This document shows, piece after piece, positions 51,541 through 61,409 of a DNA stretch of 64,000 bases. The translations under genes and the position numbers were made by a program. Location of the stretch: IMG/VR virus record IMGVR_UViG_3300005965_000002, positions 194,581 to 258,580 of that record. One strand, given 5' to 3'. The notes below the pieces were generated by a model, which searched no databases, was not told the origin of the DNA, and saw only the letters and a program-made list of their open reading frames with translations. Positions within the stretch are counted from its first letter, which is position 1; each line of letters starts with the position of its first letter.

Positions 51541-54500
51541 ATGCCGAAGATGGATATGGGATTAGCTACCAGGGAATTAGATATGTTTGTGGATGATAAT
51601 GTCAAAGATATTATTGACCTACATCCATGGATGCAAGACAAAGAATTTAAGTTATTGACTGATAGAAAAGAGATAGAAAATTATATCTATAGCTTAATAG
51701 AGAATGGTATCGCTGCTCTAGATCTTGAAACCACATCGTTGAACACTCGGGTAATAGACGGTGAGATCGTCGCCAAGCTTGTCGGTATTTGTTTAGCCCC
51801 AAGCGCTAACGAATCCGCTTACATACCTGTAGGGCACGAGGGATATGATGATAATGTCTCCTATGAATTTGCTGTCCATATGCTTAAGCTCCTCTGTCTA
51901 TCCGATTGCCGTTTAATATTCCATAATTTTAAATATGACGGACAAGTTCTGTACAATCACGGCATCAAGATGCTTGATCCTGATCAGATAGAGGATACGC
52001 TGCTGATGGCTGCGGTCGAAGATGCTTCACGAAAAAATAAACGTCTGAAGTACCTATCTGAGCATCTTTTGGGAAGGCCCATGCTTGAGATAAGTAACCT
52101 GGGTGTAGAAGGGTCAAAGAAAAAAGTAGTAAGTTTTACCGATGTATCGCCTAAAAAAGCGGTTATATACGGCGGCTCTGATGCTATGAATACGTTCGCC
52201 CTATATGAGTATTTAGCTAAGAGCTTAAATAAGCAGGACCCGAATGGGGCTGGAGGCCCCTGGCTCGTATACAACAAGATTGAGAAAAGAGCCGTGTTTC
52301 CGGTGATGGAGATGGAGCGCAATCTTGTAAAAATGAACAGGAAAAAATTAGAGGCAATTCGTGATGAGATACATCTAAAGGTAAAAGACTGTGTTACTAA
52401 TATCTATAAGTTAGCTGGTAGAGAATTTGATATAGCTAGCGGCAAACAGTTAGGTGAAGTTCTTTTCGATGAAATGGGTGTAAGATACCCGGAAAAAGAA
52501 AAGAACGATAACGGTACGTATAAGACCGACGAAAAGACTTTAGAGAAGATTAAAGATGAGTCCCCGCTAGTACAATACATTTTAAACTACCGGTCCTACC
52601 AAAAAACCCTTTCCACCTATGTGAATAACTTCCTCAAAAACATGGATAGTAATGATGAGGTGAAATTTCAGTTGAATCAGGTACAAGCGGATACTGGAAG
52701 ATTTTCAGCCTCAGGTGGAGCAGGTTTGGAAAAGGACGGTTATTCAGGGGTGAATTGTCAGAATATTAGTACCTATAATAAGAAGGACCCCACCTCATTT
52801 GATCTTAGAGATTGTGTGGAAGCGCATGAAGGCTATAAGATTGTTGCTATCGACTACAGCGGAGAGGAACTGCGTATAGCCACAAACTTGTCAAAGGAGC
52901 CAAAATGGGTAGATGAGTTTAATAACGGTACCGGCGATATCCATACTATTACTGGCAGGGCTATTCATGGAAGAGAAAATATTACAAAAGCAGAACGTTC
53001 GACTGGAAAAGTCTTAAACTTCCTCACATTGTATGGCGGAGGAGCGCTAGGATTTTCCCAGCAGGCAAAAATTCCATTAGAGACTGCTAAAAAAATGCAG
53101 TATAATTTCTTCAAAAGTCTGCCCGGCTTGAAAAAATGGATAGATCTTGAAGCCGCTAGATCTAGAAAAAGAGGTTATAGTAAAACGGCCTTTGGTAGAA
53201 GAAGGAATCTTAGTTTTTTCTACGAATCAACAGATCGGTATACAAAATCCCAGGGAGATAGAAGAGCAGTCAATAGTGCCGTCCAAGGATGCCTACAACC
53301 ACATGAGAGGTGTTTAACTAATAAAGGCTATTTGCCTATAGCTGAAATTCAGAGAAGGCTATCTATAGGACAACCTTTAAAAGTATGGACAGGTACTTCT
53401 TGGGAAGATTTTACAGTGCTTAATAGAGGTGAGTGCCAGTGGGCCCAGATTAAGTTAATAAATGGTATGGTTCTGGATTGTGACACACGCCATGAAGTTT
53501 TAACTGTAGGTAAAAATGGATATGAATTTAAAAAATACGAGGATTTAGATGAGACTACTAATATCTGTGTCTCCGCACCGAATTGCCTGGAATTTGGTGA
53601 AATACCGGAAAAAAAGAAATTTAGCGGGGGGAGTGCACATAACTCAAAAGATATCAGGTTAAAAGATAAAAAAGATTTTGAATTTATTTCCTTTTTTATG
53701 GGGATTTTAATTGGAGACGGAAATACTCGCGGTTTTATAGATGGAAACAAATGCTCTACTACAATTTCTTTTGGAAGAAATAAAATAGAAGAATATTATC
53801 GAGTACTTCAAGAAGGATTTACCCGTATAGGAGTTACTCTTGCCCCTTACCGAAAAACTAAGGAAGCTAAAGGAGAAAGTTATCAAGCAGATATTTCTTC
53901 TAAAGCTTTAATTGAATTGTTAAAATATTACGGATATAATCAGGCTAATTCAAAGACTAAGAGAGTTCCTACGCTATTGTATGAGTGCCCGGTATTTATG
54001 AGACGTGCTTTTATCAAGGGATGTTTATTATCAGATGGTAGCAGAAGCGCTAAGAATAGATATGGTATACATAATAAAAATGAAAAATTATTACTGGATA
54101 TACAGCTTTTAGCTTGGACTATCGGATTAGCTTCTTATGTAAAAAATAGAAAAGACGGTAGTTCAATTTTGCTGTGGTCGGATCTCTCTTTGGTTGAGGA
54201 GACCTTTGGTTTAAGTGTAAGAAAAAGAAAAACGGGGGGATCAATGTTACTCCCAGGTTTTCTTTATGATGAAGTTTATGATTTATTGAAAGATAAGGAC
54301 TATGCTAAAGTTAATAGTGACAAGGCACTTGTAAGTCATATAAAAAATAAGAAAAAAATACTTGTTCCTACTGTAATTAAACTATTAAAAAAGTATAATT
54401 GTGAATTGCCAACAATTTATTACCATTATCCTTTAGAAATAAAGAACCAAATAGATACAATATCTAATACTTATACTTTATCAGTAAAATCTCCTTTACA

Positions 54501-55440
54501 TAGATTTGACTCAGCTGGGATTATAAGTAAAAATACAGGGGCTGACGTTATTAAAATAGCATTATATCGCGTCTGGAAGTGGATCTATGATAATGGATAT
54601 GAGAATGAAGTGAAGATACTCATGCCCGTCCACGATGAAATTGTATTTGAGTTGAAGGGTGAATGGGAAAAGCTTGATTATTATATCCCGGAATTAGTTA
54701 GAATCATGAAGCTGGATGACCTGGTGGAAAAATTAGGTTGGGATGTGCGCTTTGAACTCGATGCTGAATTTGGAGATACTTGGAAAGTGGAATACGACTA
54801 TTACAAGATAAAAGCGGGGAAACAAGAATACGGCCCTGCTAAAGATGCAGAACAGAATGAAGAATTTATATCAGATGAGATAAAAAATGAAAACACAATT
54901 GAAAATATGTCTTCAAACTTTAACCCCTCTGAGGAAGGAAAGGAGAATACTTCAGAGGAAGTATCGGAAAAAATAACCGCTGCAGAAAAACTTACCGTAA
55001 GTCAGCCAGTACAAAAATTGCCTCAGGAAGAATATGAAGCTCACCCGATTACACTAAATGATTCTACAGTGCACCATTTTGTGGTAACTATAAGAGATCA
55101 AATTAATAAAAAAGCAAACGACTCGGGAAAAAGTACGGATCTACTTGATAACTTAGAAAAAGAAACAGATAAGGCTGAAATATCTAACGGTTCAAATTTA
55201 TTAGACCGCTTGGATGACGATGACTACTTCGTCTATCCAATATCAAAAAACAAGTTAGATTTTGTAATTTCAGAGCAGTTTGCTACGGTATTAAGGTTAT
55301 TAGTGCATGGAAACGATGTGTTTGTAGGCCCTAAAAAGAGAATAAAATTGAAGCTCCCGGATGGACAGGTAGCCTATGTTTGTAGAAAAAAAGTATCAAT
55401 CGATGCGTTCGTTTTTGCATGTACCTGGCTTAATATTTAG
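51541..55440 (+). CDS. polA: Family A DNA polymerase (3'-5' exonuclease + polymerase) with intein and C-terminal extension
   Basis: Exo motifs DLET, HNFKYD, YGGSD; TGRFS; motif A DYSGEELR; motif B RSTGKVLNFLTLYG; motif C VHDE. Confidence 0.95.
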   Translation: MPKMDMGLATRELDMFVDDNVKDIIDLHPWMQDKEFKLLTDRKEIENYIYSLIENGIAALDLETTSLNTRVIDGEIVAKLVGICLAPSANESAYIPVGHEGYDDNVSYEFAVHMLKLLCLSDCRLIFHNFKYDGQVLYNHGIKMLDPDQIEDTLLMAAVEDASRKNKRLKYLSEHLLGRPMLEISNLGVEGSKKKVVSFTDVSPKKAVIYGGSDAMNTFALYEYLAKSLNKQDPNGAGGPWLVYNKIEKRAVFPVMEMERNLVKMNRKKLEAIRDEIHLKVKDCVTNIYKLAGREFDIASGKQLGEVLFDEMGVRYPEKEKNDNGTYKTDEKTLEKIKDESPLVQYILNYRSYQKTLSTYVNNFLKNMDSNDEVKFQLNQVQADTGRFSASGGAGLEKDGYSGVNCQNISTYNKKDPTSFDLRDCVEAHEGYKIVAIDYSGEELRIATNLSKEPKWVDEFNNGTGDIHTITGRAIHGRENITKAERSTGKVLNFLTLYGGGALGFSQQAKIPLETAKKMQYNFFKSLPGLKKWIDLEAARSRKRGYSKTAFGRRRNLSFFYESTDRYTKSQGDRRAVNSAVQGCLQPHERCLTNKGYLPIAEIQRRLSIGQPLKVWTGTSWEDFTVLNRGECQWAQIKLINGMVLDCDTRHEVLTVGKNGYEFKKYEDLDETTNICVSAPNCLEFGEIPEKKKFSGGSAHNSKDIRLKDKKDFEFISFFMGILIGDGNTRGFIDGNKCSTTISFGRNKIEEYYRVLQEGFTRIGVTLAPYRKTKEAKGESYQADISSKALIELLKYYGYNQANSKTKRVPTLLYECPVFMRRAFIKGCLLSDGSRSAKNRYGIHNKNEKLLLDIQLLAWTIGLASYVKNRKDGSSILLWSDLSLVEETFGLSVRKRKTGGSMLLPGFLYDEVYDLLKDKDYAKVNSDKALVSHIKNKKKILVPTVIKLLKKYNCELPTIYYHYPLEIKNQIDTISNTYTLSVKSPLHRFDSAGIISKNTGADVIKIALYRVWKWIYDNGYENEVKILMPVHDEIVFELKGEWEKLDYYIPELVRIMKLDDLVEKLGWDVRFELDAEFGDTWKVEYDYYKIKAGKQEYGPAKDAEQNEEFISDEIKNENTIENMSSNFNPSEEGKENTSEEVSEKITAAEKLTVSQPVQKLPQEEYEAHPITLNDSTVHHFVVTIRDQINKKANDSGKSTDLLDNLEKETDKAEISNGSNLLDRLDDDDYFVYPISKNKLDFVISEQFATVLRLLVHGNDVFVGPKKRIKLKLPDGQVAYVCRKKVSIDAFVFACTWLNI
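53290..54534 (+). mobile_element. 415-aa intein with LAGLIDADG homing endonuclease in PolA
   Basis: Interrupts NSAVQG|TGADVIK; begins CL, ends SKN with +1 Thr; GILIGDG and AFIKGCLLSDG helices. Confidence 0.92.
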
Positions 55441-55473
55441 GTAGCTTTCTGCTTCCATGTTTTGGAGGCATAA

Positions 55474-56106
55474 ATGGTACCTGTACGCACAGTAGAAGAT
55501 TTCCAAAAGAAAAATGAGGCTGAATTAAGATCATTCTTTACCTATAAAACCGGTATATATGATCCGGAAGTCCACGATGAGACTATTCAAGAATTTTACG
55601 TAAAACTGATTGAATCGAGAGCACTTGAGTCATTCGATCCCGAAAAAAGAAATATCGGTACGGAGGAAAGCTGTTTTAATCAGTACATAATAAGTCTTTT
55701 TTGCTGGATGCTTCCCGTATTAAAGAGGAGAAATCCTAATGTCAATCATCAACTAATGTCCCGGGTTGATATTGGTGAGACTACACCTAAAAGAGTAGAT
55801 ATCTGGGAACTGCTGAGCAAAAATTTTCAGCACACAAATTTTCAGGTAGAGGAATCTTTCAATACATCAGCCTTAGAGGATCAGCAGGAACAGGAAGCTC
55901 ATCAATTACTAGAGGATTTTATATCCTATATCCATCGTACTGAATCCCAAACTAAGGCTAGAAAATTTGAATTATATCTGAGAAGAAAAATGGAAGGGTG
56001 CAAGGCAACGGATATAGCTATTATGTTAGGAGTTTCCAATTATATGGTAACGATTATTAAGCAGGATATCCACAAAAGATTTAAGCATTGGATAAAAAAT
56101 GGATAA
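55474..56106 (+). CDS. Phage ECF-type sigma-70-like factor
   Basis: Region-2-like ETIQEFYVKLIE...FDPEK...FNQY; region-4 HTH LRRKMEGCKATDIAIMLGVS. Confidence 0.65.
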   Translation: MVPVRTVEDFQKKNEAELRSFFTYKTGIYDPEVHDETIQEFYVKLIESRALESFDPEKRNIGTEESCFNQYIISLFCWMLPVLKRRNPNVNHQLMSRVDIGETTPKRVDIWELLSKNFQHTNFQVEESFNTSALEDQQEQEAHQLLEDFISYIHRTESQTKARKFELYLRRKMEGCKATDIAIMLGVSNYMVTIIKQDIHKRFKHWIKNG

Positions 56107-56290
56107 GAAGGCTCTTAAAAGGCTTACATATATTCAGACGGTCTCGAAAATAAGAGAATTTCAGGAATTACTGAAAAAGTACCAAGCGAACGATAAAGAT
56201 TTGCCGCCTGATTTTAACTACAAAGACACAATATTAGGACTACATTTCTTACGAAATCGAATGCGTTCTTTAAAAAATAGAAAAAGTTAA
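56099..56290 (+). CDS. Small basic hypothetical protein
   Basis: 63 aa; start overlaps the upstream gene's end. Confidence 0.55.
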   Translation: MDKKALKRLTYIQTVSKIREFQELLKKYQANDKDLPPDFNYKDTILGLHFLRNRMRSLKNRKS

Positions 56291-56318
56291 TTACATTAGA
56301 TTAAGAAAAGGAGTAGTA

Positions 56319-57110
56319 ATGAAAATTACTTTTCTCGGCAGTGGGTCGGCATTTACCCTGAACAACTATCAGAGCAATATTCTCATTGAAGTAGGTGGGA
56401 AGAAAATGCTTTTTGATTGCGGCTCTGATATCCGGTTCTCCCTGAATGATAAAGGTCTTTCTGCCTTAGATATTGATGCAGTCTATATTTCTCACCTGCA
56501 CGCTGATCATATAGGCGGGTTAGAATATCTGGCTTTTGTGAGCTACTTTGGGAAGGTAATCAAAGGCGCTCCTAAAATCGTGCTGCTATGCCCACATAAC
56601 TTAATCGAACCTCTTTGGGAGAATTCTTTAAAAAATGGGTTGAGTTCGGTAAGTGATAGTGATACTGATATAAATGATTTTTTTACCATAGAACCTTTGC
56701 CCGTAAACGGCACCACTACCTTTAGGTGTTTTGGTGATAGAGGCTTGGATATGGTAGTAGTACCAACGATGCACTGTTTTGCTAATAAAAATGTTATGAA
56801 ATCCCACGGGCTTTTACTTAGTGTACCGAGAAGTAATAAAAAGGTATACATCACATCGGATACCCAATTTAGTCCTTATCAGACGGAAGCTGCGATGGAG
56901 AAAGCAGATGTGATTTTTCATGACTGCGAAGTGTCTCCTCAGAAAAGCCGGGTCCACGCAAACTACGAAGATTTAAAAAAGCTACCACCAGAAATCAAAA
57001 AGAAAATGTGGCTGTATCATTACAACGACTGCATTTTACCTAATGCTAGAGAAGATGGATTTCAGGGTTTTGTGATGAAGGGCCAGGCGTTCGATGATAA
57101 ATATCTTTAA
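56319..57110 (+). CDS. MBL-fold phosphodiesterase, Apyc1 (anti-Pycsar)-like
   Basis: LGSGSAF, FDCG, SHLHADHIGGLE, PLWENSLKNGL, SDT, IFHDC, VHANYEDLKKLP, MWLYHY; AGGAG RBS. Confidence 0.8.
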   Translation: MKITFLGSGSAFTLNNYQSNILIEVGGKKMLFDCGSDIRFSLNDKGLSALDIDAVYISHLHADHIGGLEYLAFVSYFGKVIKGAPKIVLLCPHNLIEPLWENSLKNGLSSVSDSDTDINDFFTIEPLPVNGTTTFRCFGDRGLDMVVVPTMHCFANKNVMKSHGLLLSVPRSNKKVYITSDTQFSPYQTEAAMEKADVIFHDCEVSPQKSRVHANYEDLKKLPPEIKKKMWLYHYNDCILPNAREDGFQGFVMKGQAFDDKYL

Positions 57111-57124
57111 CATTTGAGGCGGCT

Positions 57125-57497
57125 ATGATTACTGTTTACGTAGCAAGTTTACGTAGCAAGTCCGTACACCAGAGGAGATGTAGGTCAAAACGTAAAAGCA
57201 CAGCTTGATGTGGGCGATGAGTTAATGGATTTAGGTTATTGTCCTATCCTTCCTCTGCTTACTCACTTTCAGTATATCCATAAACCTCGTTGCTATGAAG
57301 ACTGGATGCAGGTAGATGAGGAGCTAGTCAGTAGAAGTGATGTTCTTCTTAGACTCCCCGGTGAGTCGCCCGGAGCGGATAGAGAGATAGCGCGAGCTAA
57401 ATCATTAGGAATACCTGTAGTGTATAGTGTCGAAGAATTAAAGGCTGCAAAAATCAAAGAACGATTTATACGCCAAATGAAATCCCCAGTATCCTAA
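57125..57497 (+). pseudogene. NDT-fold (DUF4406/DUF1937-like) gene frameshifted by a 13-bp tandem duplication
   Basis: Removing one GTTTACGTAGCAA copy restores MITVYVASPYTRGDV...SDVLLRLPGESPGADRE (119 aa); GAGG RBS before ATG 57125. Confidence 0.8.
57134..57161 (+). repeat. Perfect 13-bp tandem duplication (GTTTACGTAGCAA x2 + GT)
   Basis: Read directly from the sequence. Confidence 0.95.
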
Positions 57498-57520
57498 GAT
57501 CAGGAGACAAATAAGATTAT

Positions 57521-58654
57521 ATGGAAGATATAAATGTAGACGAACTGTTAGGCGTAGAAGAAGAAGTTTCAGCAAATCCGGATGTTTCAGCAGATGCTGA
57601 AAACTACATAATGAGTGAAATTGCTAGCGACGACTCATCAAAGAAGTTAGAAGAAGGGCTGGCTTTTTGGAATAGATCCTGCCGGGATTTATATATTGAT
57701 TTCCGCCAGACCAGTCTAGAGGCTAACGATGATGAAATGTGCCTCAAGTTTGACGATACAGATTTTTTCCCGAAGCCTCTTTATTTTAAGGTAAATCCGG
57801 AAGATCCTAAGAATCCTTTAATAATCCATGCCTGGAAACAATTTTGTAAAATTGTAGGTATCCCGGTCGGTTTTTTTATGGACGCTAGACCGGCCTTGAA
57901 AAAACAGATCTATGATACCTGGAAGGCTACGCTATCTGCTGACGAAAAAAAGGCTACCTGCATAGCTCGTATCAGAGATTCACAGGATTGTGCTATAATC
58001 CGGGCTATAGTACCCGATAACTTTTCTCCGCTACAGAATCATGAGATTATTAATATAATTAATCAAAGTATTGATTATAAGTTTTTCAGGTTAGAGGATG
58101 TAAAAGGTGACCAGAGAGATGATCTTATATTACATGCCCGGTATGTCTTTGGAGAAATTTTCCAGGTAGCAGGCCAAGAGGCATGCCTTGGATTCTCCGT
58201 AACAGCTTCCGAGTTAGGTGCCTGCCCTCTGAATATTGATTCCTTTCTATATCTGATGGAAAGCAAAACTGTATTTTTTGCTACCTACGGTAAAGAGTCA
58301 TTTTTTCAGACAAAATATGAGGGTGTACAGCCTAATGAGCTAAAAGAGCTTTTCCCTAAGTTGATCGAGCGTATCGAATCCGAAAGGGATGAAATTAAAG
58401 AGAGGGTAGAGAAGACCAATAAAGAAGTTGTTCCGATGGATGAGGCTGTAAAATTGAGGGACTACAAAAAAATACCTACTAAGTTCAAGAAGTCTCTCTT
58501 CAAAGAGGTAGCCGGTTGTGGGGATGATATGGGTACCCGCTTGGATTTTGCGCGGCATGTGGGGTTGATAGCAAAGGATTTTGATGTCCTCAAGCGTATA
58601 GACATAGAAAAAGCTGCTGGTAAGTATCTAAATTTGGTTTTTAGTAAGAAATAG
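57521..58654 (+). CDS. DUF932-like protein
   Basis: AWKQFCKIVGIP...IRAIVPDNFSPLQNHEII...GFSVTASELG...IDSFLY. Confidence 0.6.
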   Translation: MEDINVDELLGVEEEVSANPDVSADAENYIMSEIASDDSSKKLEEGLAFWNRSCRDLYIDFRQTSLEANDDEMCLKFDDTDFFPKPLYFKVNPEDPKNPLIIHAWKQFCKIVGIPVGFFMDARPALKKQIYDTWKATLSADEKKATCIARIRDSQDCAIIRAIVPDNFSPLQNHEIINIINQSIDYKFFRLEDVKGDQRDDLILHARYVFGEIFQVAGQEACLGFSVTASELGACPLNIDSFLYLMESKTVFFATYGKESFFQTKYEGVQPNELKELFPKLIERIESERDEIKERVEKTNKEVVPMDEAVKLRDYKKIPTKFKKSLFKEVAGCGDDMGTRLDFARHVGLIAKDFDVLKRIDIEKAAGKYLNLVFSKK

Positions 58655-58655
58655 A

Positions 58656-58684
58656 TTTAAATAATCATTTTAAAATGGTATATT
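58656..58684 (+). promoter_or_regulatory. Sigma70-like promoter TTTAAA-17-TATATT with extended -10 TG
   Basis: Intergenic, followed by AAGGAG RBS. Confidence 0.5.
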
Positions 58685-58697
58685 CTAAGGAGAAGTT

Positions 58698-59240
58698 ATG
58701 TCAGAGACAGGAATTCAAAAAGTGCTCGCTAAAGAATTTAGTAACTTCAATCTGAACCGTCTCTTTCAAGAGGCTGTGAAAAACATGAGCGATAAGGCTC
58801 CTTTTTCTATCGAGCCTTTTGAGTTTGAAGCAGACAAAAAGAGTTACATGATTACTCCTACCAGGGTTGATCATGAAGAGGTCATTAAAAAGGCAAATAG
58901 CTCATGTAAGGATTGTTATGGAAAAGGTTATTTCGTATCTAATATCCTAAAAACTAAGCTGCCAGATCCTTCCGTTTATCTTGAGATTAAACCAGAGCAT
59001 TCCATGCCGGAGACCCTTTCAGAGGAACAGCAAAAGATTTGGATGGAGCGAGAAGAGAAGCTCTATAAGGAAAGCAAGACATGGCGTCTAATGAACATAT
59101 GCCCATGTGCAATAAAAAGATACGTTAAGAATAAACCCAATATTATGTACAACAACACTCAGACACTTTTTATTGACTTCGATTATGACCTGATTGCAGT
59201 CGATAAAAAGGAAGATGCTGTGGATGAGAAAACCAGCTAA
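58698..59240 (+). CDS. Hypothetical Zn-finger protein
   Basis: CKDCYGKG...ICPC; strong RBS. Confidence 0.65.
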   Translation: MSETGIQKVLAKEFSNFNLNRLFQEAVKNMSDKAPFSIEPFEFEADKKSYMITPTRVDHEEVIKKANSSCKDCYGKGYFVSNILKTKLPDPSVYLEIKPEHSMPETLSEEQQKIWMEREEKLYKESKTWRLMNICPCAIKRYVKNKPNIMYNNTQTLFIDFDYDLIAVDKKEDAVDEKTS

Positions 59241-59252
59241 GGAGGTTTGATA

Positions 59253-59402
59253 GTGGTCAATATGACCAGAGCTGAAAAACGTAATGACCAATTTCAGCAG
59301 ATGTATAACGAGCTTGTTAAAGAAGGAAGAAAGCCTACAAAGGCATTAAAGGAAACTCGGAAGAAGTTTAACACTCGGAATATAGAAAAAAGGTTTGTAT
59401 AA
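59253..59402 (+). CDS. 49-aa basic protein not in the ORF track
   Basis: TAAGGAGGT RBS, GTG start, MVNMTRAEKRND...KRFV, TAATG overlap with the ligase start. Confidence 0.65.
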   Translation: MVNMTRAEKRNDQFQQMYNELVKEGRKPTKALKETRKKFNTRNIEKRFV

Positions 59403-61408
59403 TGGATAATTTGGACAAACTTCTTAAAAGGCTAGATGAGGCAGATAAGGCTTACTATGTAGATGGTGAGTCTATAATGAGTGATACTGCTTATGACCTT
59501 TTAAGAGATAAAGTCCTAAAGCAGTTGCCCCCTGATCACCCACGATTTAAAAAGGTAGGGCACGCAGCAGTAAGCTCCTGGCCTAAGGAAAAGCATACTA
59601 TCTTCATGGGCAGTCAGAATAAGGTAGCTACAGAGCAGGCTATCAGGGATTGGGTGACGGCTGTGATGAAGGACCTCGGTTTGTCTGAATGCCCAGAATT
59701 TATCCTTCAGCATAAAATTGATGGTTTTTCTCTTGAAGCCAAATATCTGGACAATAAATTGGAAAAAGCCGTAACCAGAGGAAATGGCATAGTCGGGGAA
59801 AACATACTGCAGAATGCCCAGCACTTTCGTTTTCTCCCGGGGCTGCTTCCTCTTGATAAGGAAGTAGTTGTGCGGGGAGAAGGTGTCCTCACGAAGGAAA
59901 ACTTTGAAGTAATTCAGAGTAATACTGGAGATCATTACAAAAACGGCAGGAATGCTGCAGCAGGTATAAGCCGTAGATATGATGGAGCCTACTCCGAGTT
60001 TGTCTCCTTTATAGCCTATGATATAAATGCTCAAGTAAAATACGAAACCGAAAAGATAGAGGTTTTGGATAAGCTTGGATTTCAGCCAGTAGTCACGTAT
60101 ACTGCTAAATCTATAGATGAAATAATTTCAATCTATAAGGATTATAAGGAGAGTAAAAGGGAAAAACTCCCTTACGGAATAGATGGTTTAGTGCTCAAGC
60201 TGAATGAGATTGAACTTCAGGAGAAGAGAGGTGTAAACCGAAACCGGCCCGAAGGGCAGATTGCTCTGAAGTTTGATACTGATCAAGCGATTACAACCGT
60301 TAAGAGTATACAGGTCCAGGTGGGCAGGACTGGTAAACTGACACCTGTAGCAATCCTGGAACCGGTAGATCTTATGGGTTCTACTGTCCAGAAGGCTACT
60401 CTTCACAATTTTGCCTATATTGATTCTAATTTTATCGGAGTTGGGGCAGAGGTTGTTGTTGAGAAGAAAGGCGATATCATTCCTCAGGTAGTAGATATAG
60501 CTGCTCCCGGCGATGATTATCAACGCATAACGGATTGCCCGTCTTGTGGGGGCAATCTAACCAACGATGGTGTGAATCTATGGTGTCGTAACCACGGTTG
60601 TAAGGAACGAGAGGTCAATAGGATTTCTTATTGGGCTAAGACAATAGATATAAAGGGCTTTTCAAATAAGTTCATAGAAAAACTTTGGGATGAGGAACGT
60701 ATCACTTCTGCCTCGGATCTCTATAAGCTTCAGCCGGATGACTTTTTGGGGTTAGATGGCTTTGGAGAGAAGAAGGTAAAGGGTTTTATAAAGGCACTGA
60801 AGAACACATCCGTAATGTACCTGGATACTTTTATTACTGCTCTAGGTATACCCACCTGTTCATCCTCTACTGCAGAAATTCTGATGAACAAGTTCGATAC
60901 TTGGGAAAATGTAAAGAAGATTTCTGTAGATGACTTGATACAGATTCCCGGATTTGCTCTTACTTCAGCGACAGCAATCTGCAATGGTATAAAAGACGTG
61001 TCCAGTATGGCTGATGATCTGCTGGAAGCAATTGAGATCAAAAAGAGGAAAACAGGAGCTCTTACAGGAAAGACCGTGTGTATCACAGGCAGTTTGACTT
61101 CTATGTCTCGTAACGAAGCCAAAGATCTCGTGGTAGAAAACGGAGGATCCTTTAAATCATCCGTAACAGCAGACCTGTCTTACTTAGTAACTAATGATCC
61201 TGATTCAGGTACTGGTAAAAATGCCAAAGCAGACAAGTATAATAATGCTGCGAAGGATAAAGGAGAAGAGCCTCCGATTAAGGTCATTAATGAAGAAGAG
61301 TTTTTACGCATAATTGGCTATACGACCGTACAGAAGGAAATAGAAGAACAAGAAGATAAAAAAGAAGATAAAGTCATACTGGAAGACATTAACCTTTTTG
61401 AGGAATAA
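59402..61408 (+). CDS. ligA: NAD-dependent DNA ligase
   Basis: KIDG, TRGNG, RGE, IDGLV, QVGRTGKLTP, KGDIIPQV, CPSC Zn finger, HhH and BRCT. Confidence 0.97.
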   Translation: MDNLDKLLKRLDEADKAYYVDGESIMSDTAYDLLRDKVLKQLPPDHPRFKKVGHAAVSSWPKEKHTIFMGSQNKVATEQAIRDWVTAVMKDLGLSECPEFILQHKIDGFSLEAKYLDNKLEKAVTRGNGIVGENILQNAQHFRFLPGLLPLDKEVVVRGEGVLTKENFEVIQSNTGDHYKNGRNAAAGISRRYDGAYSEFVSFIAYDINAQVKYETEKIEVLDKLGFQPVVTYTAKSIDEIISIYKDYKESKREKLPYGIDGLVLKLNEIELQEKRGVNRNRPEGQIALKFDTDQAITTVKSIQVQVGRTGKLTPVAILEPVDLMGSTVQKATLHNFAYIDSNFIGVGAEVVVEKKGDIIPQVVDIAAPGDDYQRITDCPSCGGNLTNDGVNLWCRNHGCKEREVNRISYWAKTIDIKGFSNKFIEKLWDEERITSASDLYKLQPDDFLGLDGFGEKKVKGFIKALKNTSVMYLDTFITALGIPTCSSSTAEILMNKFDTWENVKKISVDDLIQIPGFALTSATAICNGIKDVSSMADDLLEAIEIKKRKTGALTGKTVCITGSLTSMSRNEAKDLVVENGGSFKSSVTADLSYLVTNDPDSGTGKNAKADKYNNAAKDKGEEPPIKVINEEEFLRIIGYTTVQKEIEEQEDKKEDKVILEDINLFEE

Positions 61409-61409
61409 A

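Noticed and set aside
51538-51543. Stop read-through or recoding fusing in-frame neighbours (TAG|ATG here; TAA|ATG at 18164 and 33829)
   Set aside because: PolA has its own AAGGAG RBS; very long ORFs are intact in the standard code and all three stop codons end genes.
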